Shown: positions 39,343-50,555 of the stretch, in pieces
How positions within the stretch are numbered: position 1 is the stretch's first letter
Layout: each line of letters opens with the position of its first letter
NCBI GenBank assembly: GCA_965659005.1
Contig: CBFHVG010000052.1
Span: 33,423 to 97,422 of the forward strand
Length of the DNA stretch: 64,000 bases
Reading direction: 5' to 3'
From: an uncultured Balneolaceae bacterium
GTDB taxonomy: Bacteria > Bacteroidota > Rhodothermia > Balneolales > Balneolaceae
Notes under the pieces: generated by a model
Database searches by the model: none
Seen by the model: only the letters and a program-made list of their open reading frames with translations
Told to the model about the DNA's origin: nothing
Made by a program: the position numbers and the translations under genes

Positions 39343-40754
39343 TTGGATAATAACCGACTAAATTTAAACCGGGTATTTAGTTGAATAATTAAAGCTATTC
39401 CAATTATGGAAAAAATAATATTAAAGAACCACATACCTACAAAAGGAGTAATAAACAGTCTATCAGCTAGTTTCTCACCCTGAATCAGGGATACCCAGTA
39501 AAGTGTAAGTATTCCCGCGCTAATCAATGCAGCAACACCAAGGTTGCCTTTCTTAGTCATAATACCGATTGGGGCTCCAAGTAAGACGAAAACAATACAG
39601 GCGAAGGGTATAGCCAGTTTTTTATGAACCTCTACTAAATATTTCGATATACGTTTTTTTCTCCATTCAATATTGGTGAGACCTTTCTCAATACTCAGTT
39701 TGTAACTCCTAAGCTCATCTTTTGAGTTATTGAGTGTGGGCTTAGCCCGTTCTAACTTCTTAATGTAATTGGTTGCAATATATTTGCTTTTAAAAGCCAG
39801 AGAATCGTCAGTGGATGTATTATTCAGAAAAGTTTCCGGGATTTCCATCTCTATGAAGTCTTGATCATAGATATAGACTTCACTATCAGTAATTTTAAGC
39901 CTTTCTTTCTCAATTACATTTTCAAGAGAGTCCACAACAACCAACATCGCCTGAGCCCTCATTGTTCGGTCACTTCGGCTCCTTTCTTTAGGATTAGACC
40001 TTGAAAAACTCAATTCTGATAAATCAAAAGACATCCTATAATTGTCGAATGTTGATTTCTCTATTAATTCACTTCCATCCCTTGCTCTGCTGTGAAACTG
40101 TGTTGATGTACCATTATATAGATTGAGTGTGAGTAAAATTTCGCTCTCACTTTTTAAATAACCTCTCTCTGCTTTGATAATAGCTCGATTGCGATTTCCA
40201 GTAGGTTGTTGATAAAGAGTAACATCGTAAAGGGAATCACTTTCGTTGTCTATTTCTTTCACCAAAAAAGTATAACCTGCAATTCCATCGTAGTAAATGT
40301 TCTCTTTCAAATCGAATCCAGGTTTTTTTAAACGTATATCAATGAACAAAGATCTTGCCTTATGATTCGATTCAGGTAACACATTATTACTAAAGTAGGT
40401 CAAAAAAGCAGCAAGTAGGATAGAGGTTAATATAACTGGCATCATCATGTTCAGAGGGCTGACTCCTGATGCTCTAAGTGCAGTTAATTCATTTAGTTCA
40501 GAGAATTTACCAAATGCCATAAGTGTAGATACAAGAACAGCCATAGGTCCTGCCAAAACCACCATATAAGCTAAGTTGGTAAGTATGAGTTCAATAATCA
40601 CTAAAAAAGGCAGACCCTTTCCAACCAACTTATCAATGTTGAGAATGAGGAACTGCATAAGCAGGAGGAACATCAAAGTGAAGAAGCAAAAGAGGAAGGG
40701 TCCTATATGCTTTTTCAATAAATCGATCTGTAGACTATTGAGACTAAATCTCAT
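39339..40754 (-). CDS. lptF: LPS export ABC permease, LptF-like (YjgP/YjgQ family) with enlarged periplasmic domain
   Basis: 471 aa. Same topology; first gene of the pair. Confidence 0.75.
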   Translation of the reverse strand: MRFSLNSLQIDLLKKHIGPFLFCFFTLMFLLLMQFLILNIDKLVGKGLPFLVIIELILTNLAYMVVLAGPMAVLVSTLMAFGKFSELNELTALRASGVSPLNMMMPVILTSILLAAFLTYFSNNVLPESNHKARSLFIDIRLKKPGFDLKENIYYDGIAGYTFLVKEIDNESDSLYDVTLYQQPTGNRNRAIIKAERGYLKSESEILLTLNLYNGTSTQFHSRARDGSELIEKSTFDNYRMSFDLSELSFSRSNPKERSRSDRTMRAQAMLVVVDSLENVIEKERLKITDSEVYIYDQDFIEMEIPETFLNNTSTDDSLAFKSKYIATNYIKKLERAKPTLNNSKDELRSYKLSIEKGLTNIEWRKKRISKYLVEVHKKLAIPFACIVFVLLGAPIGIMTKKGNLGVAALISAGILTLYWVSLIQGEKLADRLFITPFVGMWFFNIIFSIIGIALIIQLNTRFKFSRLLSK

Positions 40755-40974
40755 AAATAAAATGAATTCTTAACATACTATCGACGAAATACGAACGTAA
40801 ATCGAATGTATTATAACATTTTGATAAAAAACTATACTTAATTAGTTTCCAACATACTAAATAAAACGGTATACTCGACACCTTCTATTACCCTGTTAAA
40901 TAATATCAAAGATCAGCCTATCGCATAAAGCTACCAACGCTAAACTTTAAAGCTTCTAGCTTATTTAATCTCAG

Positions 40975-43900
40975 GTGAAGTTTATTAAATCGGTATTACA
41001 CGTTAGTGTTTTGCTAATGGTGTTGGTATTGGGTGCATTCAATGTGTCTGTAGCTCAGGTTGGTCAGTCCAGCTCTGTTCAGACAATTTCTGTGTCTGAC
41101 ACAGTTGATGTTCAACTAATTCAACCCAAAATCAAAGCTCGCAGCCTGGTAAGCATATTCAATCGCCTGCCTGAGAATTCTATGTATTACATCAGGCTAA
41201 ATGAGGAAAGAGAGGAAGTTGTATGGGATTCGCTTGGTAATTATACAATTAGCCAGGAACTATTTGGTTTCGATGTATTTCTACCTCAAAAAGTAAATTT
41301 TGAAGAATTTACGGCTCTTAAAAAGGCACAACAGATTGAAAATAATTTCAATGCTCTTGTTACGGAAATCAGAACTGAGGAACAGGAAAAAAGAGGCTTA
41401 CTTGACTTTAAAATCAATATACCGTCCGGTAAGAATTCAGCATTTACGACAATATTTGGTAAGCCTGAAGTAAATCTTAGAGTAAATGGTACTGCAAATT
41501 TGAATGTTGGTGCCAATATTCAAAAAATAGATGACCCCTCTATACCGCCTGATCAGCAGACCAGAGTAGACCCAACTTTTGATCAAAACCTGAAGCTAAA
41601 CATACAGGGAACAATAGGGGACAAACTTACTATTTCAACTGACTGGGATACCGAAAGGAATCTGGACTTTCAGAACAGACTAAATATCATCTATCAGGGC
41701 TACGAAGATGAAATTATCAAGACTGTGGAGCTCGGAAACGTATCCATGGAAACAGGAAACTCCCTTGTTAGAGGTGGTGGGGCACTCTTTGGGATAAAAT
41801 CAGTTGCTGAATTAGGCAACCTTAGACTTACAACAGTTGTATCACAACAACAAGGACAGGGTAATTCTCAAACCATTAGTGGTGGTTCTCAAGAACTCCC
41901 AATCCTTTTAAGACCAGCATCTTACGATCATAACCGTCATTATTTTCTGGATTTCTACAACCGTCAGGAATTCGAGAACCTAATGTCTAATCCACAGCAA
42001 ATTGGTCAGGCCTATCAAATAGCTGAATTTGAACTCTACCTGAGAAGAGGGGACAATTCACAGCCTGACCAAAATGCTATTCGTGCTGTTTCATTAGTGG
42101 ATCTTGGGGTTAATGATCTTGGGAATGGTAACTATGGTCTCCCAAACAATGATTTTGACCGCTTTTTGGATAGTGATTTTGCACCATACAGAGATCCTGC
42201 GGTCAGTATTTCCAGTGAAAATCTGGGAGTTCAGGATCAGGAATTTGATGCAGGCCTCTATGAGCGACTTATAGAAGGCGTGGACTATACCCTAAACCGT
42301 GGCCCTGGTTACATCTCCATGAAAAGGGTTTTAAATCCAAATGATGTACTTGCGGTTGCTTATACCTATGCATCAGGGACTCAAAACATTCAAGTTGGTG
42401 AATTGGCAAACGTTGGTGATGAAAGAATCTTCCTTAAGATGCTTCGCTTGAATAACGCTCGTTCCAATAACCCAACATTCCCATTGGAAATGAGAAACAT
42501 TTACTCTTTGGGTGTCACAGGTGTTACACAGGATGGTTTGTCGCTTACTGTTGAGTTTGTTGAGGGAAATATTGCTCAGGAGCGTCTTCCTGGTAGAAGT
42601 CAAACTTTGCTACAAGATCTAGGTCTGGATAGGGTAAACGTTGAGCGAGCTCTTATTCCAGATAACCAAATTGATTTTATTGGTTCAATATTGAATGCAG
42701 CAGATGGGCGAGTAATTTTCCCATATCTGGAACCATTTGGGTCCAGACTGGATGAAATTCTTACAGATGCTGGAATCGAGGATGCTGAGCGTGAGCGAAT
42801 AGTTTATTCTGAACTTTATGATCCAAACCTGTCACAAGCTCAGGCGGAAACGAGATCAGAGAATAATTTTTACCGATTATCAGGTGTTTCAAAAGGTGGT
42901 GTTTCTGGATCATATTTACTCGGATTTGGTCTTGTTGAAGGTTCTGTACGGGTAACAGCAAATGGATCACAACTTGTAGAGGATGTCGATTTTGAAGTCG
43001 ATTACTCGTTTGGTCAGCTTACAATATTGAATGATCGATATCTGGCAGCAGGGCAGGAAATAAATATCGAATATGAAAGCAATCAGTTAACTGTTATAGG
43101 TCAGAAGAATTTCACTGGTGTAAGAGCTGAATATAGTCTAAGTGATAATGTCCAGATCGGTTCAACTTTCTTCAGATTAAAAGAACAACCCCTTTCGGAT
43201 AAAATTAGAATTGGTTCAGAACCAATTAATAACACGGTATTAGGTTTAGATGCCAGCGGTAACTTCGATACACCATGGTTGACAAGGGCTATAGATAAAG
43301 TACCGTTACTTCAGACTAAAGAGCCATCCCGAATCACATTTAGTGGTGAGTTTGCTCAGTTACGTCCTGGTGTTGCACAAACTAATGCAGTAGAAGATGC
43401 GATTCGCAGGGGTGACTTGTTTAAGGACGAAGAGCAGGGTTTGGTTTTTATCGATGATTTTGAAGGCGCTGAAGTAAATATCAGCTTCCTTTCACCATCA
43501 AGATGGAGTTTAGCTTCAGCTCCAGCCGCTGTTCCAGGCATTGATGTGAATTACTTTATGCAAAATGATTTTGATCCCGCTTTACCTGATCAGTCGCTAA
43601 ATGCCAGAACTTTGAGATCTGATTTCAGATCTCAATTCTCCTGGTACAGTATTCCACGTACAATTTCTGGTGTGAGTCTATCTGATGTTCCGGATGAAGC
43701 CAGATTGATTAGCGTTCAGGAAGTATTCCCAGGGAGAGAAACCAATAACCCGAATGATCAGATACTGACCACGCTTGATGTGTTTTATAATCCAGAATCC
43801 AGGGGACAGTATAACTACAATACAGACATCAAGAACCTTACTGAAAATGAAGCTGACAGGTTATGGGGTGGTATGACAGCTGTTGTTCCATTTGGCCAGG

Positions 43901-46900
43901 AAGATTTAACCCAAAATAATGTCGAATTTCTGGAATTCTGGGTTCAGTCTTTACTTCCCGACGGAAGAGATCCTACAGCTCAGGATCTGCTGGATTATGA
44001 TGGTAAAATTTATCTGGATCTTGGAATTGTCTCTGAAGATATCGTACCCAACTCAAGACTGAACAGTGAGGACGGTTTGGCTACAGACTTGAATGATCTT
44101 ATTCCCGATAGAGCTACTGATAATGCCAGATCATATACTCCATCGAACCCACCTCCACCATTAAATCAGTTCTCAAATGCCAACAGAGATCTTGAGGATG
44201 TTGGTTTGGATGGTATGCCTAACACAAATGGTTATGAAGGTGCAGGTGGCAGAATAGATGAGCAAACTGTATTCGCAGAATATATTGATAGTATGAGGTC
44301 GGTTTATGGGGAAGGAAGTGAAGAATTCGAGAGAATACTTGCCGATCCTTCAAATGATGATTACTTCTTCTTTACTGAATCTATCCTGGGTAACCTCCCA
44401 CTTCAGGAGCGATTTTATCGTTTGTTCGGTTTTCATGAAGGAAACACGCCTGTTGCTGGTGGTGAGAAAAGAGCTATTACAAATCAGCCTGATAGTGAAG
44501 GTTTGAGAACATCTTCAATTCTGGAGCAAAGCGACCAGTATTATCAGTATGAAGTCGATTTCAATCCCGCTGATATTCCTAATCTTGTGATTGGCGCGCC
44601 AAATTCATTCATCGTTGATCAGATTGGAAGTGGAACTGATGTTCAAAGAAATAGATGGTATCAAATTCGAATCCCATTAAATGATTTTAAACGAAGAATA
44701 GGCGGGATTACAGATTTTCAGAATATCAGATATATACGATTATGGATGAGTGGTTATAAGAAACCGTTTACCATGCGTTTTGCCAGTTTTGAATTTGTTG
44801 GCTCTCAATGGCGAAAAGATGACCAGCTTTCAGAATCGCAAGGTTCATCAGCAAGCTTTGAGATATCAACAATCAATATTGAAGAGAATGGGAGTCGTAA
44901 GCCTTTTCCATATAGACAGCCAATTGGTGCGATTAGAGCCGAAAACAGGGGGTCACAGCTTCAGGCACTAGCCAATGAGCAATCTATAGTTCTTGATGTA
45001 GAGAATCTGGGTCCTGGTGAAATTCAGTTGATTGAAAGAATCTATCCTGGTGGTTTAAATCTTTTGAATTACAGTAACATGAGAATGTTTATCCATGGTG
45101 AAGGATTTGACCAAAGAGGTGATGCAGAACTTGTAATGCGTTTCGGTATAGATTTAGAGAACAATTACTATGAATACCGCCAACCGGTTACACCATCCGA
45201 TTTGAACTTTATTTTCAAAAGTTTTAATCAGGCAAATAATGCAGATCTAGAAGCAGAAGCTGAGCAAATCTGGTTATATGATCAGAATAGTATGAATATA
45301 GTTCTTTCAGCATTCAACCAGCTGAAACAGATCAGAGGTTCTATTGATGCACCAGAAAATGAGCGATTCGAAAGATCTGACCTGCTTACGGATGCTCCTC
45401 CTGGAGCAGTTGTGGTTATTAAGGGTAATCCTTCACTTGATAGGGTTTCAGAAATCGGTATGGGAATTCGAAACCCATATGATCCTTCAAATCCGGGACT
45501 TGGTGGAGTTCCAAATCTGAATGCACAATTCTGGTTGAATGAATTAAGAGTATCAGGATTCGATGATCTTAAAGGTTGGGCAGCTAATGCAAAAGCCTCA
45601 GCAAAACTTGCCGATTTTGCCACCATCAATGCAAATCTTACTCGTCAAACCAATGGTTTTGGTGGTCTTGAATCTAGATTGGGTCAACGCCGTCAATCAG
45701 AACAGTTAGGTTTAGATTTAAACTCAACTGTCAACTTACATAAGCTTGTACCCGATCGATATGGATGGAATTTCCCTGTTTCTCTTTCTGCGCGTCAGTC
45801 AACAACAACACCTCGTTTCCTTCCAAATCAGGGTGATATTCGTTTAACAGACTTTGAACAGGCAACGAATGCAAGAGATGATATAACAGATACAGAGAAG
45901 AAGACCATCATTGACGAAACCATTAGAAGTAGTCAAACTCATAATGAAAGCTATTCTGTTAACTTCTCTAACATCTCTAAAAGGAATTCACAGTCTAAAA
46001 TTGCTCAATACACTATTGATAAGACTACAATAAACTATAACTATAGCGAGGGTAATAGTCGAAGCCCGGAGCTTTTATTTCAGGAAAACTGGAATTTCAA
46101 TTCCTCAGTTAGATACAATCTCACATTCAGAAATGTAAAATTAGTTAGACCGTTTAACTTTACCAGAAACATCCCGGTTGCAAAAGCACTGGCCGGACTG
46201 CAACTGGGTGTTATGCCATCATCCATAACAACATCAGCTTCACTAAATCGATCATATGATGAAAAAAGAAGGAGGTCACGTGAAAATAGTGATGGATTGC
46301 TAATCGAACAGGGCTTACAGCAAACCCATATCTTTAATCATGGGACTACATTTGGATTTAATTACAACCTGACTCAATCAATCCCTATGTCCTTCCAAAC
46401 TAGCACGGGTTATGATCTATCTACTGCCGGTATTCAATCAAGGAATCAAACAGGAATTGACAGTACAGCATTTAAAGTGGTACCAACTTTTGATGTTGTA
46501 AAAAGTGTTATTTCGGATTCCTTAAAAGCCAGAAGGATTAATTACCGAGAAAGTTATACCACTTCATGGAGACCAAGATTTAATAGGATAAATGCCCTGA
46601 ACTGGACATCCTATAACGCCAGTTATAGCGGGGGCTACCAATGGGTCAATAGTCCCAGAGGCTCTGATCTAGGAGCGAATGTTTCTAACAATTTCAGGCT
46701 AGATCATACCTTAAAACTTGAGATTAATAAGTTACTTGAACGTACCGCATTTCTGAAGAATCTGAAAAGTGCCGATAGAACAGCCTCACAGGAACGCTCA
46801 CGTGAAAAAACCAGAAGGAAAACTGCCCAGGAAAATGATACTGAGTATGAAGCACCACCACCTGATTTGTTCAAGGATGCAGGTTTCATTGGTAGAAAAC

Positions 46901-48264
46901 TGGTTCTGGCAGCATTTAGCTTAAGAGCTGTAGACATTTCTTACAGAACTAATAAAACATCAAGCCAGGCTGGATATTCAGGTCGATCACAGTTCTTTAA
47001 ATCATTTAATTCACCAAATACCGGAGATTTTTCTCCTTCATTTGGATACAGAATTGGGATATTTGATCAGGTTAGTAAGGATCAGTTAATCAGCAATCCC
47101 AACCCGAATAGCAGTTTGCAGCTTCCGGGGAATAAAACTACTACCGACAATCTTACTCTTGGGACTTCATTTAATCCCTTTCCTAATTTTACCATTGATC
47201 TTGACTGGACAGCAAGATGGGACGAACGTCGATCTGAGAATATTACCCTGGAAAGCAGTAATGAAGTGAATGCTGTTGTTTCAAGGTCAGGTAATGTGAA
47301 CTCATCTGTCTGGGTATTTGGACCTGGTTATCGTGATTTATTTGAAAGGCAATTACGAACAGCATTTGGTGATATTGATGAGAATAATAATGTAAGTGAT
47401 GCAACAGGTAACCAGGATGGAAGAACGGTCTTAAACAGAAATGTTGTTGCCGATGATTTTAGACTAGCCTATCTGGGAAGTGGCTCTGAAACTGTTGGTA
47501 ACAGAGCTTTTCAAGCATTTCCAAAACCTAACTGGCGTGTTACTTGGGCAGGAATTGAAAAATTCTTCCCGATTATAGGACCAATGATGCAACGAGCTTC
47601 ATTAACTCACTCATATTCAGGTTCACATAGGCTAGGTTATTCATTTAATAATAACTCAGGGCCTCAGCCTGCAAGAACAATAGGTGGTTATTCAGTTACG
47701 GATGTTCGATCAGAATATGAACCAACCTCCGTAAACGTGGAACAGAGATTTGTTCCAATGGTTCAGTTGAACATTACTTGGAAGTCGTCACTTAGAACAA
47801 ATATTGGATTTGATCAGACGAGAACCACAAGTCTAGCCGTAGCTTCAAGTACAATTACTGAAAGAACCTCTCGGGGTATCAAAGTTACTGTAGCTTATAC
47901 CTTGAGAAACATCAGATTACCAATCCTTAATCGAGTGAAGAACAATATTGATATTTCACTTAATGGGGGATTGGCCGAAGATGAAGAAATCAGATTTCTT
48001 TTGAATGATGATGTGAATGATGCTCTCGCTCTGTTTTCAGATACAGGATCCCAAAATTTTAGTGATTTTGTGGTAAATCCTAGACCACCAACAGGGCAAC
48101 AACGTATCAATGCTTCAATGGTTATTGGTTATCGATTCTCAAATACCATTAATGCTAATTTTGAATATTCTTTCAACAAAGTGAATCCAAAATCATCAAG
48201 AACCTTCGCCCGAACAGACCACGACATAAAGTTCAACATCAGGATTGCGATACGCTCTTCATAG
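40975..48264 (+). CDS. sprA: T9SS translocon / cell-surface protein SprA
   Basis: 2429 aa. GTG start, signal peptide (VLGAFNVSVAQ), giant beta-barrel-type composition. The size and sequence pattern are characteristic of SprA. Confidence 0.9.
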   Translation: MKFIKSVLHVSVLLMVLVLGAFNVSVAQVGQSSSVQTISVSDTVDVQLIQPKIKARSLVSIFNRLPENSMYYIRLNEEREEVVWDSLGNYTISQELFGFDVFLPQKVNFEEFTALKKAQQIENNFNALVTEIRTEEQEKRGLLDFKINIPSGKNSAFTTIFGKPEVNLRVNGTANLNVGANIQKIDDPSIPPDQQTRVDPTFDQNLKLNIQGTIGDKLTISTDWDTERNLDFQNRLNIIYQGYEDEIIKTVELGNVSMETGNSLVRGGGALFGIKSVAELGNLRLTTVVSQQQGQGNSQTISGGSQELPILLRPASYDHNRHYFLDFYNRQEFENLMSNPQQIGQAYQIAEFELYLRRGDNSQPDQNAIRAVSLVDLGVNDLGNGNYGLPNNDFDRFLDSDFAPYRDPAVSISSENLGVQDQEFDAGLYERLIEGVDYTLNRGPGYISMKRVLNPNDVLAVAYTYASGTQNIQVGELANVGDERIFLKMLRLNNARSNNPTFPLEMRNIYSLGVTGVTQDGLSLTVEFVEGNIAQERLPGRSQTLLQDLGLDRVNVERALIPDNQIDFIGSILNAADGRVIFPYLEPFGSRLDEILTDAGIEDAERERIVYSELYDPNLSQAQAETRSENNFYRLSGVSKGGVSGSYLLGFGLVEGSVRVTANGSQLVEDVDFEVDYSFGQLTILNDRYLAAGQEINIEYESNQLTVIGQKNFTGVRAEYSLSDNVQIGSTFFRLKEQPLSDKIRIGSEPINNTVLGLDASGNFDTPWLTRAIDKVPLLQTKEPSRITFSGEFAQLRPGVAQTNAVEDAIRRGDLFKDEEQGLVFIDDFEGAEVNISFLSPSRWSLASAPAAVPGIDVNYFMQNDFDPALPDQSLNARTLRSDFRSQFSWYSIPRTISGVSLSDVPDEARLISVQEVFPGRETNNPNDQILTTLDVFYNPESRGQYNYNTDIKNLTENEADRLWGGMTAVVPFGQEDLTQNNVEFLEFWVQSLLPDGRDPTAQDLLDYDGKIYLDLGIVSEDIVPNSRLNSEDGLATDLNDLIPDRATDNARSYTPSNPPPPLNQFSNANRDLEDVGLDGMPNTNGYEGAGGRIDEQTVFAEYIDSMRSVYGEGSEEFERILADPSNDDYFFFTESILGNLPLQERFYRLFGFHEGNTPVAGGEKRAITNQPDSEGLRTSSILEQSDQYYQYEVDFNPADIPNLVIGAPNSFIVDQIGSGTDVQRNRWYQIRIPLNDFKRRIGGITDFQNIRYIRLWMSGYKKPFTMRFASFEFVGSQWRKDDQLSESQGSSASFEISTINIEENGSRKPFPYRQPIGAIRAENRGSQLQALANEQSIVLDVENLGPGEIQLIERIYPGGLNLLNYSNMRMFIHGEGFDQRGDAELVMRFGIDLENNYYEYRQPVTPSDLNFIFKSFNQANNADLEAEAEQIWLYDQNSMNIVLSAFNQLKQIRGSIDAPENERFERSDLLTDAPPGAVVVIKGNPSLDRVSEIGMGIRNPYDPSNPGLGGVPNLNAQFWLNELRVSGFDDLKGWAANAKASAKLADFATINANLTRQTNGFGGLESRLGQRRQSEQLGLDLNSTVNLHKLVPDRYGWNFPVSLSARQSTTTPRFLPNQGDIRLTDFEQATNARDDITDTEKKTIIDETIRSSQTHNESYSVNFSNISKRNSQSKIAQYTIDKTTINYNYSEGNSRSPELLFQENWNFNSSVRYNLTFRNVKLVRPFNFTRNIPVAKALAGLQLGVMPSSITTSASLNRSYDEKRRRSRENSDGLLIEQGLQQTHIFNHGTTFGFNYNLTQSIPMSFQTSTGYDLSTAGIQSRNQTGIDSTAFKVVPTFDVVKSVISDSLKARRINYRESYTTSWRPRFNRINALNWTSYNASYSGGYQWVNSPRGSDLGANVSNNFRLDHTLKLEINKLLERTAFLKNLKSADRTASQERSREKTRRKTAQENDTEYEAPPPDLFKDAGFIGRKLVLAAFSLRAVDISYRTNKTSSQAGYSGRSQFFKSFNSPNTGDFSPSFGYRIGIFDQVSKDQLISNPNPNSSLQLPGNKTTTDNLTLGTSFNPFPNFTIDLDWTARWDERRSENITLESSNEVNAVVSRSGNVNSSVWVFGPGYRDLFERQLRTAFGDIDENNNVSDATGNQDGRTVLNRNVVADDFRLAYLGSGSETVGNRAFQAFPKPNWRVTWAGIEKFFPIIGPMMQRASLTHSYSGSHRLGYSFNNNSGPQPARTIGGYSVTDVRSEYEPTSVNVEQRFVPMVQLNITWKSSLRTNIGFDQTRTTSLAVASSTITERTSRGIKVTVAYTLRNIRLPILNRVKNNIDISLNGGLAEDEEIRFLLNDDVNDALALFSDTGSQNFSDFVVNPRPPTGQQRINASMVIGYRFSNTINANFEYSFNKVNPKSSRTFARTDHDIKFNIRIAIRSS

Positions 48265-49795
48265 GATCTTTGAAATATCCATAGAGCCAAACTAATACAG
48301 AGAGAAGACCACCAAATAGGGCAAGCCAATCCCCATATCTGGCATAAAAAGTTTTACTTCGTTTTGATTCAATTTGATAGGTGAATCCGGTGCGTTCCCA
48401 ATAGTTTGTTTTCACTTTTACCGAGCCATCTGGAGCAATAATGCCTGAAAATCCATTATTTGCTGATCTGATTACCCATCGATCAAATTCAATAGCTCTT
48501 AATCGTGCATAAGCGAAGTGTTGATGATGTCCGCTGGTATCTCCCCACCAACCATCATTAGTAATGATTGTAATAAAGGAAGCACCCCCACGCACAAATT
48601 CTCCAACCCAATGAGGGAAAACAGAATCATAACAAACCAAGCCTGGTGTGATAAAATTTGAATCTACTGTGAAATTATTGGCCTCCCGGCCCTTGCCAAA
48701 TCCAGTAATTTCATCCCATTTGAACATACCTAAGCGATCAATGTTGGAAAGAAAATTAGCAAATGGAAAGCGTTCGACTACAGGCACCAGATTGTGCTTT
48801 TCATAAACACTACGATCTGAATTGGGTGTTATAAAAATGGAAGAATTGAAAATGTTGTATTTGAAATCATTATCCTCGCGATAGATTTCTGGTAATTCAT
48901 CAACATATTCCTTTACGAAGCCTGAGCCAACCATCATGTTTGAATCCCAGACCCGGGCACTATCTGCAATTCTATTTGTAGTTCTGGAATACAATCTCAC
49001 ATTAGTATCGATTGAGTTTTCAGGCCAAATAATAAGCTCTGTTTTTTCCGTTCTGGTTGAATCACTTACAGCCATGATTTCATCCAGTGCCCTGCTTTGA
49101 GATTGATATCCGCCAAATCTATTGTAGGAATCAAAATTTGGTTGAATAACAGCAACTTCCATTGTGGGTGGATCTAATGGTGGTACATAGAAAGCAGTTT
49201 TTAGAACTGATAGGAGCGGGAAAATAAGCAGTGCTGTTATTCCGCCTATCAGATAGGTTTTAGTACTATCATTAATGAAATAGAACAAAAATGCCGCTAC
49301 AAAAACGGTCCAGAAACTGATGCCAAGGAAACCAGTGAAGGATATATACTGAATGAGTTCAGGATAATTTGACCAGGCATTACCAAGTGTTAGCCATGGC
49401 CATGAAAGCTCCCATCTGTGATGCAAAAACTCATAAAACACCCAGATGAATGAGACCACAAATATGTTGAACATACCATTTTCAAATCTGCGCAGTATAA
49501 AGCGCATCATGCCTAAGGGGATGATCATGAGTAGGCTATTTGCTGTAATTGCAGCTAAACCAGCCCCAAGACTAGCCATCATTAGCCAGTAGCTTACAAT
49601 TGTATTCCAGATCAAGAACGACAAAAAACTCATTGAAGCTAATTCACGGTAGGATTGACTTATAACCGTTAACTGAAATAAAAGAGCAAATCCTGGAATC
49701 GCCAAAAAGGGTAGATCAAATGGCGGGAAACTCAGTCCAAGCAAGATTCCTGAAAGAAAAGCACAGTACCATTTACTCTCTAAAATTCTACTCAT
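48239..49795 (-). CDS. lnt: apolipoprotein N-acyltransferase
   Basis: 518 aa. N-terminal multi-TM, C-N hydrolase domain with ELIIWPE and VCYDSVFP, terminal TM. Its 3' end overlaps the sprA 3' end by 26 nt. Confidence 0.88.
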   Translation of the reverse strand: MSRILESKWYCAFLSGILLGLSFPPFDLPFLAIPGFALLFQLTVISQSYRELASMSFLSFLIWNTIVSYWLMMASLGAGLAAITANSLLMIIPLGMMRFILRRFENGMFNIFVVSFIWVFYEFLHHRWELSWPWLTLGNAWSNYPELIQYISFTGFLGISFWTVFVAAFLFYFINDSTKTYLIGGITALLIFPLLSVLKTAFYVPPLDPPTMEVAVIQPNFDSYNRFGGYQSQSRALDEIMAVSDSTRTEKTELIIWPENSIDTNVRLYSRTTNRIADSARVWDSNMMVGSGFVKEYVDELPEIYREDNDFKYNIFNSSIFITPNSDRSVYEKHNLVPVVERFPFANFLSNIDRLGMFKWDEITGFGKGREANNFTVDSNFITPGLVCYDSVFPHWVGEFVRGGASFITIITNDGWWGDTSGHHQHFAYARLRAIEFDRWVIRSANNGFSGIIAPDGSVKVKTNYWERTGFTYQIESKRSKTFYARYGDWLALFGGLLSVLVWLYGYFKDPMKSVSQS

Positions 49796-50475
49796 TCTGA
49801 ATAATCCTTTCCTGAAATTACAACAACAATTTCGCCCTTAATATCTTTTCTCTCGGTATAGATCTGTATCAATTCAGAAATGGTACCTCTCTGAATTTCT
49901 TCAAACTTCTTTGTGAGTTCACGAGCAACTGCAATAAGTCTGTTTTCACCGAAATATTCATTCAACTCATTAAGTAATTTAATCAGTCGGTTTGGGCTTT
50001 CGTAAAGAACCATAGTACGTTCTTCCTCTGCTAAAAATTTTAGTCTTTTTTGCCGTCCTTTTTTTTGAGGTAAAAATCCTTCAAACACAAATTTATCTGT
50101 TGGCAAGCCACTTCCTGCCAATGCAGTTGTCACTGCATCGGCGCCGGGAATTACCACAACAGCAAAACCAGCTTGATGAGCTGCACGTGATGCAAGAAAC
50201 CCGGGATCTGATATTCCAGGCATCCCGGCATCACTTATTAAAGCCACATTTTGTTCACTTTCGAGTAATTCAATAAGGTAATGCACCTTCTTGTGCTCAT
50301 TATGCTGATGAAATGAGAAAGTTGGTTTACTTATTCCGAAATGATTTAAGAGCTTTGAGGATGTCCTTGTATCCTCGCATGCCACATAATCTACCTCGTT
50401 TAAGGTTTCTATAGCACGTTTCGAAAAATCCCCGAGATTTCCTATTGGAGTGGCTATGATATAAAGTGTGGCCAA
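49792..50475 (-). CDS. rsmI: 16S rRNA (cytidine1402-2'-O)-methyltransferase
   Basis: 227 aa. LYIIATPIGNLGDFS...VACEDTR signature. Confidence 0.93.
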   Translation of the reverse strand: MATLYIIATPIGNLGDFSKRAIETLNEVDYVACEDTRTSSKLLNHFGISKPTFSFHQHNEHKKVHYLIELLESEQNVALISDAGMPGISDPGFLASRAAHQAGFAVVVIPGADAVTTALAGSGLPTDKFVFEGFLPQKKGRQKRLKFLAEEERTMVLYESPNRLIKLLNELNEYFGENRLIAVARELTKKFEEIQRGTISELIQIYTERKDIKGEIVVVISGKDYSE

Positions 50476-50555
50476 TGCCTTCTGAAGTTTAGTTTACAGA
50501 TATTATCTATATTTAGACCCTTACAAAAATAAGACTTTGATAATCGAAAAAAAGA

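Noticed and set aside
40975-48264. Possible internal repeats, a variable region or a DGR target in the giant sprA gene
   Set aside because: No reverse transcriptase, template repeat or obvious tandem nucleotide repeats were seen. The protein reads as a continuous SprA-type sequence.
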